A DNA stretch of 64,000 bases, from sequence record PP886230.1, one strand, 5' to 3'. Positions 47,360 through 55,343 of this stretch are shown here, piece after piece (position 1 is the stretch's first letter; each line of letters opens with the position of its first letter). The notes below the pieces were generated by a model. That model saw nothing but the letters and a program-made list of their open reading frames with translations, was not told the origin of the DNA and made no database searches. Position numbers and translations under genes: made by a program.

Positions 47360-47779
47360 ATGTTAAATGAACGTATTAAAAATGCACTACATGTATTGAA
47401 CCAAGAAGTAAATTCTATTGATAAAAGTACTGACCGTTATAAAGTAATGCATGAAATCAAACAAGAATTGGAATCTATTAATAAGGGAGAATGGTGGTAT
47501 CTTCAGCCCGAATATCAAACTCGTGAATTAAACGATGTTGAAAAAGAAATTGTCAAATTCATCACTACTCGTTACTGTGATACATCAGAGAATGAGGTAT
47601 CAGCGAACTTCAATCTTACTAAATTGGAAGTCGAAGAAAAATTCAATTTTGATTGGCTTGATTGGATTGAAATGGTCATGGAACTAGAAGAAAAATTCAA
47701 TGTTGAAGTTGATGAAAAGTTCGAGAATAATGAAACGAAGCTGTATGAACTAGTAGAACATATTCAAAAAATGTTGTAA
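47360..47779 (+). CDS. Acyl-carrier-protein-like protein lacking the phosphopantetheine Ser
   Basis: C-terminal ~80 aa align with AcpP; DWLDWIEMVMELEEKFNVEV vs [20 protein letters not shown]. Confidence 0.75.
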   Translation: MLNERIKNALHVLNQEVNSIDKSTDRYKVMHEIKQELESINKGEWWYLQPEYQTRELNDVEKEIVKFITTRYCDTSENEVSANFNLTKLEVEEKFNFDWLDWIEMVMELEEKFNVEVDEKFENNETKLYELVEHIQKML

Positions 47780-47798
47780 AACTATACAATTGTATACT

Positions 47799-47805
47799 CT
47801 AAATA
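47799..47805 (+). promoter_or_regulatory. Late-promoter-like CTAAATA
   Basis: Lies ~28 nt before the spanin operon. Confidence 0.55.
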
Positions 47806-47832
47806 ATATCATCAACTATAGGAGATATTATT

Positions 47833-48207
47833 ATGAGTATGTTAGAAATAATTGTTTCAAAAATTCTGATTCCATTTTGGAAACCAATTTCTTTTGTATT
47901 ATTGATTGGCGGTTCAGCTTATGCTGGTTGGGAAGCTAATACTTATTACAGTGGCTATCAACAAAGCATAGAGCAACAAATAGCTAAAAAAGTTGATACC
48001 GCCTTGGATAAAATGCAACAAGAAAATGCAAAAAATTACCTTGAAACGAAAAAAATCATGGAAGATAATGCTAAAGTTATTGAAACAAAGGTTCCTTTTA
48101 TTGTAGAACGTGAAGTTTATAAGAATGTATGTTTAGATGAAGATGGTGTAAAAGTACTGAATGAACTAAAACAAAATTCTCAAGCTGCGAGGAATAAATT
48201 CAAATGA
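47833..48207 (+). CDS. Inner-membrane spanin (Rz-like)
   Basis: N-terminal TM, coiled coil and C-terminal Cys (YKNVCLD); coupled to a lipoprotein gene. Confidence 0.7.
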   Translation: MSMLEIIVSKILIPFWKPISFVLLIGGSAYAGWEANTYYSGYQQSIEQQIAKKVDTALDKMQQENAKNYLETKKIMEDNAKVIETKVPFIVEREVYKNVCLDEDGVKVLNELKQNSQAARNKFK

Positions 48208-48512
48208 AAAAATTATTAGTTCCGTTTATTTCTTTTTTAATTATAAGTGGATGTGCCGAACAAGTAAAACTACAATCCCCTGCACCAATTAAACAAGAAA
48301 TTCTGTTAGAAAGATGTGATGATGATACACCTCTACCACAAAAAATTATGATTGACAAAAATGGTTTTAAAGGTTATGATGGTGCAGAAATTCTTAAAGT
48401 ACTTACTCGTTGGGATGCAGTCTACAATGAATGTGCTTTAAAACACGACGCATTGATTAAAACTATTCGTGATTTACAAGGTAAAGATATTAAAATCAAT
48501 ATCAAGGAATAA
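48204..48512 (+). CDS. Outer-membrane spanin lipoprotein (Rz1-like)
   Basis: Lipobox ISGC; LERCDDDTPLP; YNECALKHDALI; ATGA overlap with the i-spanin. Confidence 0.7.
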   Translation: MKKLLVPFISFLIISGCAEQVKLQSPAPIKQEILLERCDDDTPLPQKIMIDKNGFKGYDGAEILKVLTRWDAVYNECALKHDALIKTIRDLQGKDIKINIKE

Positions 48513-48513
48513 A

Positions 48514-49125
48514 ATGAACAAATATCATGTTTACTATACGACAAAATTATCACTTCTTGAAGAATTAAATCAACGAAGTACTAAGATGAAACGCTACACT
48601 TTAAATGGTATTACTTTTCGATATTTCCCACAAAAAGTTCTTACTTTTGTTAAGAATCCAAAATGCGTGGCATGTGGGATTGAAGCTACTGAAGTACGCA
48701 TTGAACGTTCATTATGTTCTGATCCAGTATATGGTAAACCACATTTAAATGTATATGCTGTATGTGGTCTTTATGAAGTTTTAATGACAGTTGACCATAA
48801 TCATCTGGCATCTAAGGGTGGACCTGATTTAGAGTCAAACTTTAATACTATGTGCTCCAGATGTAATCAACTACGTTCGAATAAAACTGAAACAGTTGAT
48901 GAGTTTCTTGAGAAAGTTAAAGGTCGTAATCTTCTCCAAGAACATATGAATAATTTCTTTAATGTACAAAAAAAGAAAAATAACATTGACAAGTCGAAAC
49001 TACTAGAAGAACGTAGGTTACGTCAAGAATTATGGGAAACTGATCATCTATGGCATGTTCGAGAGTTTGGTCGTCATATGAAAGCTTTGAAAAAAGAACA
49101 GAAGAAATTGAATAAACATGATTGA
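48514..49125 (+). CDS. HNH endonuclease-domain protein
   Basis: CVACG; MTVDH...SKGG...NFNTMCSRCN. Confidence 0.75.
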   Translation: MNKYHVYYTTKLSLLEELNQRSTKMKRYTLNGITFRYFPQKVLTFVKNPKCVACGIEATEVRIERSLCSDPVYGKPHLNVYAVCGLYEVLMTVDHNHLASKGGPDLESNFNTMCSRCNQLRSNKTETVDEFLEKVKGRNLLQEHMNNFFNVQKKKNNIDKSKLLEERRLRQELWETDHLWHVREFGRHMKALKKEQKKLNKHD

Positions 49126-49137
49126 TATGATATTATA

Positions 49138-49167
49138 GGGACTTGAGTATTCAAGTCCTTTTTTTTT
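49138..49167 (+). terminator. Rho-independent terminator
   Basis: GGACTTGA-GTAT-TCAAGTCC-T9. Confidence 0.85.
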
Positions 49168-49178
49168 GGAGAAAATAA

Positions 49179-49535
49179 ATGAAATCTAAAATCTTTTTAC
49201 CACAATTAATGTGGCATCTAGCAGAGTTAGATGAAAATGATGAATATACGGACTATGGTGCATGGGATGACAGTACTGAAACTTTTAAACCAGATGTAAA
49301 ATATAAAATCATCTGCAATGAAAGCAAAGGACACAAAAGGTGGACTGAAGAATTTGATCTCGTATTTCTTGACATGAGCACAAATAAGTTTTATCATTGT
49401 ACTTATGAACGAGGTTTAACAGAAGATAGACCAGTACAACCATTCAGTACTGAAACTGATGGTGTTAAGTGCAATGAAGTTTCTGTTACCAGAGAAGAAA
49501 TTATCACTTATCGAACTTTGTGGAAATATTTGTAA
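49179..49535 (+). CDS. Hypothetical protein
   Basis: GGAG SD. Confidence 0.6.
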   Translation: MKSKIFLPQLMWHLAELDENDEYTDYGAWDDSTETFKPDVKYKIICNESKGHKRWTEEFDLVFLDMSTNKFYHCTYERGLTEDRPVQPFSTETDGVKCNEVSVTREEIITYRTLWKYL

Positions 49536-49536
49536 A

Positions 49537-49935
49537 ATGCTTAAAGAATTAGATTTTTCAAACTTAGAAATTATCAGTGCTGTAAAAAACATTTCCGATA
49601 TGGGAGATGAGAAAGCAGTTCTTGTTACTATTACTTTTGTAAAAGAAAAAGATAGCTATAGCCATTTAACTGGTATTGAAGAACTAATTCATAAAACCAA
49701 TCTTGAGAATGATGGTAAACTCATCAAGCTTCAGGCTTCATATACGCAAAAAACGTCAAATTTTATAGACCTAAATAATGTAGTCAAGGTGGTATACAAT
49801 CATCCTGAACACACATATAGGAACACGACAAGAAATGAAAATGTTGCTAACGATTCGAATATTATCGAAGATGTTGAATTCATAAACACAATTTTTGATC
49901 GTTGTTCTAAGGATTTAAAAAAAGTATACATGTAA
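49537..49935 (+). CDS. Hypothetical protein
   Basis: ATG 49537 just after the upstream stop. Confidence 0.55.
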   Translation: MLKELDFSNLEIISAVKNISDMGDEKAVLVTITFVKEKDSYSHLTGIEELIHKTNLENDGKLIKLQASYTQKTSNFIDLNNVVKVVYNHPEHTYRNTTRNENVANDSNIIEDVEFINTIFDRCSKDLKKVYM

Positions 49936-49964
49936 TGGGACATTATATGTTCCAATGATATAAT
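49936..49964 (+). promoter_or_regulatory. GGGAC-class promoter
   Basis: TGGGAC-17-TATAAT with TGA extension; also an imperfect TGGGACA/TGTTCCA hairpin. Confidence 0.7.
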
Positions 49965-50241
49965 GTATATAGAAAATGACAACGGACATTGAAAAATGGA
50001 CACTGAGAACCTACTTCTCTTGAAAATGTAAAGGATAGATGAGCTTTACCGTTGTAGCGAACAGCAGAAGAAACCTGTTAGAGTACTGGCATTCAAACAA
50101 ACACGATGTAAGACCACGAATCACGGCGACACGGCTGTATAAAGAACTCCGATAAGCATACAGAGAGTTCCTAGATAGATGTATAAGGTTCGCACCTTAC
50201 CAGATTTGCTAAGGGAGTTCAAGGATAGCGGACGCAATTTT

Positions 50242-50423
50242 TACAAGAAAGTTGCGTCCAAAATTTGAGAACAAGTACTACTTTGATCGAATAGAGTTAG
50301 TACTGAGTGCTGTTGATGAAAAGACCAGCGACCGTTGCATATGACTGCGATAGAGAGAAACCGAGCAACCCGCTTTCGCTCTCTAAATTTTGGTACAAGA
50401 AAGATCCGTCCAAAATTTGAGAA
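50242..50423 (+). repeat. 30-nt direct repeat (2 copies, 28/30 identical)
   Basis: TACAAGAAAGTTGCGTCCAAAATTTGAGAA (50242-50271) and TACAAGAAAGATCCGTCCAAAATTTGAGAA (50394-50423). Confidence 0.9.
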
Positions 50424-50462
50424 ATTCGCAATTCGATAATATCCGATGCCATCATCGTCAAG

Positions 50463-50485
50463 AGAGACTTAATTGTCTCTTTTTT
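50463..50485 (+). terminator. Rho-independent terminator
   Basis: AGAGAC-TTAATT-GTCTCT-T5. Confidence 0.7.
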
Positions 50486-50625
50486 ATTACCTTCATTCCC
50501 CTGCGGGGGGATGTAATAGTCCTCAACAAATCCCGTCAAGTTTTTAAAGTACATTATCATTTTCAGAAGGAACTAGTTTACGAAGTAAACGCAGTGACTT
50601 CTTGAGTTACGAGAGAACGAAGTGA

Positions 50626-51054
50626 ATGAGTAACCCAACGAAAATATCCGATAAATCCGAATTAACACAAATGTTATTCAAAGAATATTTTGAGTTTCAG
50701 ATAAAAGACGAACATCAATTACCACAGCAATATTTGAAAAGAATTAAAGATCCGTCAGTAATTACTAAAGAAACTAATTTTTATAATAGTATTTTGGATT
50801 TCGTTAAATCAGTTCATACAACAAGACCTATTGTAGTTTTGTTTTTTGATAAATCTATTCCTTTAGTAGTTCCTGAAAATGTATTTTTTATTTCAGAAAC
50901 TGATTTAAATAATCAAAGTACTGTAAGTAGATTAAGAAATTGCTTACTTGTAGTATGTGATTCTTCTTTGTATAATAACAGAATACTATGGGATAGAAGT
51001 AAACGCAATGCAGTTTCTGAAATGAATCCTGAAATTACCTTTATTATTAACTAA
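50626..51054 (+). CDS. Hypothetical protein
   Basis: 142-aa ORF; weak SD. Confidence 0.6.
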   Translation: MSNPTKISDKSELTQMLFKEYFEFQIKDEHQLPQQYLKRIKDPSVITKETNFYNSILDFVKSVHTTRPIVVLFFDKSIPLVVPENVFFISETDLNNQSTVSRLRNCLLVVCDSSLYNNRILWDRSKRNAVSEMNPEITFIIN

Positions 51055-51057
51055 ATA
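51051..51057 (+). promoter_or_regulatory. Late-promoter-like CTAAATA
   Basis: 30 nt before the Dps-like gene. Confidence 0.5.
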
Positions 51058-51086
51058 ATAAGAGAATAACTCTAAGGAGAGATATT

Positions 51087-51527
51087 ATGGAAGATATTAA
51101 TGATTTACGACACGTAATGGACTTTATCGGAAGTACTGAAGAAGATAATTCATATGATGAAGTACTATTAACTTTTATTGAAAATAGTTTGTTTTTAAGT
51201 TCTGCTGCACATAACTGGCACTTACAATGTCATTTTTATACAAAGCATTTACAATTAGATGAACTATATAAAGAATTACCAGAATATGTAGACGCATTTG
51301 TTGAAGGTATCATGAATAATCGTGGTGCTTTACAAGTTGGAACTGGTAATAGTTACCGTTTTACACCAATTGAAGATTGTGTACCAATTCTTGAAGAATA
51401 TGTTGAGCAATGTAGAGCAATTCATGATATGCTTGAAGAATCAGGTGATTACGGCAGTGTAAACACATTAGAAGATATTATGAGTTTTGTTGAAGGAACA
51501 CTTTACAAACTTAAAGTTTTACAATAA
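51087..51527 (+). CDS. Dps/ferritin-like four-helix-bundle protein
   Basis: AHNWHLQ...KHLQLDELYKEL...DAFVEG; AAGGAG SD. Confidence 0.7.
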   Translation: MEDINDLRHVMDFIGSTEEDNSYDEVLLTFIENSLFLSSAAHNWHLQCHFYTKHLQLDELYKELPEYVDAFVEGIMNNRGALQVGTGNSYRFTPIEDCVPILEEYVEQCRAIHDMLEESGDYGSVNTLEDIMSFVEGTLYKLKVLQ

Positions 51528-51534
51528 AATATAT

Positions 51535-51563
51535 GGAGAGTCATTGTGACTCTCCTTTTCTTT
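51535..51563 (+). terminator. Rho-independent terminator
   Basis: GGAGAGTCA-TTG-TGACTCTCC-TTTT. Confidence 0.85.
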
Positions 51564-51575
51564 TGGAGAAATAAA

Positions 51576-52193
51576 ATGAAATCTCATGATTTAGCAAAAT
51601 TACTACTATCTCAACCAAATCTAGAAATTTATCATTATGATGCAGAGAGTGACTTGCATTATCAGAATTTTGATAATAAATTAATGGTCACCCCATCTGG
51701 CATTTTCACAACGGTAAAACCCACATCAGTTTCTGAAAATGTACTTACACCATACGAAACCCCGCTCTTGGGTCATGTACAAATTTTCTTTAAGGATGGT
51801 ACTATTACTCCAAAATTGGAGGGTTCATCTATTCAAACTGTTCTTAACTTAGAATCTGGGTTGATATTTAACATTCCTTATGAAAAGCCAATTGTTTTAT
51901 TAGGTAAAAATCAATCAGCACCATCAGGGAATCAAAATGCTGTTTGGTATACACCCGATGATATTGATTTCATTTCTGTACTGACAGAATATGAACCTAA
52001 TACTTGGCATGGAACATGGGAAACTATGTCGTATGATGAAGCAATTGAATGTGGTAAAAATTTAGTTAAAATGTTATTTCCACAAAAAGAAGAACTTTCA
52101 CAAGAACAAATTGATTCATTTTCTAAAGATTTTCCTGATTCTGAATTCAATGTAAAAGTATCACCTTCTATGATTGATAAAATTAAAAAATAA
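51576..52193 (+). CDS. Hypothetical protein (paralog of 52929-53513)
   Basis: MKSHDLAKLLLSQPNLEIYH; TPSGIF; WYTPDD. Confidence 0.7.
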   Translation: MKSHDLAKLLLSQPNLEIYHYDAESDLHYQNFDNKLMVTPSGIFTTVKPTSVSENVLTPYETPLLGHVQIFFKDGTITPKLEGSSIQTVLNLESGLIFNIPYEKPIVLLGKNQSAPSGNQNAVWYTPDDIDFISVLTEYEPNTWHGTWETMSYDEAIECGKNLVKMLFPQKEELSQEQIDSFSKDFPDSEFNVKVSPSMIDKIKK

Positions 52194-52205
52194 AAGAGGT
52201 TGAAC

Positions 52206-52559
52206 ATGAGTGATTACCGCGTAACATCTGGACTAATGGCACGTCTTATTGAAGCAGTTCCTGAAGATGATTATGAAGCTATTTCAGATCGTCTTTTTGA
52301 CGCAGATTCTAAACTCCATATTACATATGATGGTGCATTGATTTACAGTACTGATATTGATATGTCTAGTTATGAATTTGAGATTTCTTTTGGTAACAAA
52401 CTAACTACTGAAGAATTCGCTCGAAAATGTGAGCGTGAAGGATTCTGTATTGATATTAGTTCAGTTCAGCCATATACATCACTGTGGTATGATGGTGCTG
52501 ATAGTCCAATGTCTACTACATCTTTACAGGATTTTCTAAATGCAAATCAAAAAGATTAA
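52206..52559 (+). CDS. Hypothetical acidic protein
   Basis: GAGG SD. Confidence 0.65.
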   Translation: MSDYRVTSGLMARLIEAVPEDDYEAISDRLFDADSKLHITYDGALIYSTDIDMSSYEFEISFGNKLTTEEFARKCEREGFCIDISSVQPYTSLWYDGADSPMSTTSLQDFLNANQKD

Positions 52560-52932
52560 ATTCCACCAGCATTGTTCTATACATGAATGTGATGATTGTG
52601 GTATACAAATGAGTGACATTTATACAGTTTCCTGTAAAGGTTTCAAATTCACTCACGGTGAACCTGCTTATTGTTATGGTACAGAAGAAGGTGATATCGA
52701 AGTAGTACTGAAAGAATTGTTCCAGTACTTGCAAAGTGTAGGTCATGATGTTACAATACCCACATATTATGAAGATGATTATGATGCACATGTAGAAGAA
52801 AATACATATTATAATCAATTCGTTTATGGTAATGGTTTTATCACATATCTACATGAGAATGGTATTGAGGTAAAAACTAAGTACACCAGTGATGATTATG
52901 ATGATGATAATTCTATGGAGATTGAAGATTGA
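52540..52932 (+). CDS. Hypothetical acidic protein with a CxxC motif
   Basis: HECDDCG; HGEPAYC. Confidence 0.6.
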   Translation: MQIKKIKFHQHCSIHECDDCGIQMSDIYTVSCKGFKFTHGEPAYCYGTEEGDIEVVLKELFQYLQSVGHDVTIPTYYEDDYDAHVEENTYYNQFVYGNGFITYLHENGIEVKTKYTSDDYDDDNSMEIED

Positions 52933-53513
52933 AAGCAAAAGACTTAGCAGCACTGTTGTTGCAGAATCCTGAAATGGAAGTGTATCATGAGCACATGCAC
53001 ATTGATGACATGTGTGACGCTTACTATTCACCAGAAAATGTGTCTGGTATTGAAATTACCCCTAGTGGCGTATTCATCAGTACTGAACGTATTGATTATA
53101 ATTCCCAGCAAGAAATCAAAACTCCACATAATAAACCTCGCATTGGTGCTATTGACCTAGTATTTCATCAGGACCGTTTGGTAGAATATGATGAAGAAGA
53201 TGGTACTACCCGAACTGATGTTGAGAATGTAGTTTTTCGTTTTTATAATGCATACGAAGACCCAACTACTGGAGAAGATTTCTTCCGTGAGCTATTAGAG
53301 GATGGAGAAGTTTATGGTCAGGATGGTACGGTTTTTGTACTGGACCCTAACTATGAGCCAGATCACAATACATGGCAATTCTATACACCAGAAGATGTAA
53401 TGGAAGTTAAAGTACTTACTGATCTTGACGATAAATGGAATCCTATGTATACTTCAATGACATATGAAGAAGCCAAAGAATACTTCGTTTCTAAACTAAA
53501 CATTACAAAATAA
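52929..53513 (+). CDS. Hypothetical protein (paralog of 51576-52193)
   Basis: MKAKDLAALLLQNPEMEVYH; TPSGVF; FYTPED. Confidence 0.7.
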   Translation: MKAKDLAALLLQNPEMEVYHEHMHIDDMCDAYYSPENVSGIEITPSGVFISTERIDYNSQQEIKTPHNKPRIGAIDLVFHQDRLVEYDEEDGTTRTDVENVVFRFYNAYEDPTTGEDFFRELLEDGEVYGQDGTVFVLDPNYEPDHNTWQFYTPEDVMEVKVLTDLDDKWNPMYTSMTYEEAKEYFVSKLNITK

Positions 53514-53530
53514 TAAGGATTCACAAATTT

Positions 53531-53812
53531 ATGAAAATTGTTGCAAGTGCATGGATGAAACTACCAGATGGTACAACTGCTTTTGAAGAATATGGCTTTG
53601 TTGAAAGTGTCGATGAATTAAAGCGTTTCAAGAGTGAAAATGATGATGATGTTTTTGATATTGTATTTGTATATCATCATATTCCTAATGATACTGATTA
53701 TGAACATTATTATTATCATCCTGATTTGTTGGAAACACTTGTATGCGACAACTATCATGAAATTGATGAAAATACAGCTTTACTAATGTTGAGTACCGTA
53801 TCTCCGGTATAA
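53531..53812 (+). CDS. Hypothetical protein
   Basis: AAGGA SD. Confidence 0.6.
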   Translation: MKIVASAWMKLPDGTTAFEEYGFVESVDELKRFKSENDDDVFDIVFVYHHIPNDTDYEHYYYHPDLLETLVCDNYHEIDENTALLMLSTVSPV

Positions 53813-53820
53813 GGAGTAAT

Positions 53821-54300
53821 ATGTATAATCTTATAATTATCCGCGAACCATATGAATCTGACAACAGTTCAACTGATGGTGAGGTTTTAGTATATCAAAG
53901 TTATGAACAAAGTGGCATTGAACATGAATTAAAAGATTATTTACGTCAACATATATATCTATATCGTACCGAACCACGTGAACAGTATGGAGATATAATG
54001 TTTATCGTAACTCATAATGGTGCAGTAATTGAACATGTAAATATGACAAATAACATGTATTTTCATAATTACACTGACACGTCTAAAGAATTAGGAAACG
54101 ATTTCAAGTCTGTTTTCGATGCATTGCGTATCAATTTTTTTAAAAATGACAAATTCTGTACTGATATTAGATTAGAAGAAGCAAATACAAAAAAGAAACT
54201 TTCTCGAAAATACGAGAGTGATAGAAAAAAAGAACAAGAGATTCAGCGTTTGCATGAATTGATGAAAAAATACCCTAATGAGGTACAACATGGCTCTTAG
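53821..54300 (+). CDS. Hypothetical protein
   Basis: AAGGAG SD. Confidence 0.65.
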   Translation: MYNLIIIREPYESDNSSTDGEVLVYQSYEQSGIEHELKDYLRQHIYLYRTEPREQYGDIMFIVTHNGAVIEHVNMTNNMYFHNYTDTSKELGNDFKSVFDALRINFFKNDKFCTDIRLEEANTKKKLSRKYESDRKKEQEIQRLHELMKKYPNEVQHGS

Positions 54301-54628
54301 AGGTTCAAATCAATATAAATGTATTGCAGAGATCAGGAAGAAAGATGGAACACTTGTAGACCGAGCATTGAAGCAAGAATATAAAGAATTACGTGATGTG
54401 GTACATAATGATAGTTATGGTGGGATGCGTCGTCAAAAAATTTATGAATATCTAAAGAAAGGTTTAGAAATTCAGGTTAATGGTCTTCATTGCATTCAAA
54501 CAAAAAACGATCCTGATATTCTACGTTTGTTGAAAGAAGATAAGATTGAAATGTTTAATGTTCCTATTTCATTCTATGGTAATAAACTAAAATGTAAGCA
54601 TACTTTCTTGAGGATTAAAAATGGTTGA
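54290..54628 (+). CDS. Hypothetical basic protein
   Basis: ATG 54290 after GAGG. Confidence 0.6.
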   Translation: MALRGSNQYKCIAEIRKKDGTLVDRALKQEYKELRDVVHNDSYGGMRRQKIYEYLKKGLEIQVNGLHCIQTKNDPDILRLLKEDKIEMFNVPISFYGNKLKCKHTFLRIKNG

Positions 54629-54845
54629 TTCATTTATGAAAAAAATCTTTAAAAAATTACTATCTGGATTTGAAAAAGCAGTAAGTCTTATTTTCAGTTC
54701 AGTTGTAATGGTTATTACAGTACTGGCGTTTTCTCTAGTACTGCATTTTGTACCATTCTGGTTAATCTTTATTGTACTTATTGCTCTGCTAGGTGCACAT
54801 GTTTATTATGTTTACCGTGACGCATTGGATGATGATAACGATTAA
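54621..54845 (+). CDS. Small two-helix membrane protein
   Basis: Hydrophobic hairpin with an acidic tail; GAGGA SD. Confidence 0.65.
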   Translation: MVDSFMKKIFKKLLSGFEKAVSLIFSSVVMVITVLAFSLVLHFVPFWLIFIVLIALLGAHVYYVYRDALDDDND

Positions 54846-54853
54846 ATGTATTT

Positions 54854-54878
54854 GACCTCACTATGTGGGGTCTTTTTT
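54854..54878 (+). terminator. Rho-independent terminator
   Basis: GACCTCAC-TAT-GTGGGGTC-T6. Confidence 0.75.
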
Positions 54879-54890
54879 AAGGAAAATTAT

Positions 54891-55343
54891 ATGCTTATAG
54901 AAACAGAAACATTTAAGCGTTTTATTGACGTATGTCGTGATACGTGTTTTTGTTATCTTTCATCACAAGAACAGTTCGATGCAATGAGTGATGTGTTAGG
55001 TTATCGCCGTTCGGTATTGATGTATTTTGATGGTCCTTTGATTGAAGTTCATGATGATGTGTATTCCCTACAATATGTATCAATTAACAATGCGTTCATT
55101 TTTATTGCTGACTCGTACTCAATTGTAGTTGAGGAACGTGGTAAAGGTATACCAACAACACACTATATTGATTGTCAAAGAACTGATTGTGTTTATAGTT
55201 CTGGACTAATACAAACACCAATTCCATATCCTAGCATTTATATAAACACACTCCATCAAGAAATTATTGAGTACTGTAATAGTATTTCTGATACAGATAC
55301 ACAGTATTTTCCTATTGTATTATTGAAAGGAGTTAGAACATGA
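54891..55343 (+). CDS. Hypothetical protein
   Basis: ATG 54891 after AAGGA, downstream of the terminator. Confidence 0.6.
   Translation: MLIETETFKRFIDVCRDTCFCYLSSQEQFDAMSDVLGYRRSVLMYFDGPLIEVHDDVYSLQYVSINNAFIFIADSYSIVVEERGKGIPTTHYIDCQRTDCVYSSGLIQTPIPYPSIYINTLHQEIIEYCNSISDTDTQYFPIVLLKGVRT

Larger units (their letters stand above)
49966..50485 (+). ncRNA. Candidate large structured non-coding RNA (~520 nt), family not recognised
   Basis: Promoter directly upstream and terminator at the end; no credible + strand ORF; GC-richer than flanks; many stems and an internal 30-nt repeat. Confidence 0.55.

Noticed and set aside
48514-49125. HNH gene as part of a mobile intron
   Set aside because: It is free-standing between the spanin gene and a terminator, with no interrupted host gene; an ordinary phage HNH.
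50242-50423. Mini CRISPR array (30-nt repeats)
   Set aside because: Only two copies, a 122-nt structured interval rather than a 30-40 nt spacer, and no cas genes in the window.
50200-50428. Short matches to the ToxI antitoxin repeat (GATTTGCTA; AGAAATTC) and to the c-di-GMP-I riboswitch (GGACGCAA)
   Set aside because: These are 8-9 nt matches, far apart and not in the required structural context; consistent with chance.
49966-50485. tmRNA, RNase P, tRNA or group I/II intron identity for the structured region
   Set aside because: No tRNA-like acceptor/T-arm ending in CCA, no GAGGAAAGUCC/P4 elements, no group I P7 or group II domain V; it does not interrupt a gene.
50494-50519. TTCCCC-TGCG-GGGGGAT hairpin resembling the type I-E CRISPR repeat (TTCCCCGC...GCGGGGAT), i.e. 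a possible RNA anti-CRISPR
   Set aside because: Single copy, shorter stem, different loop and no AAACCG tail; the resemblance is too weak without a model search.
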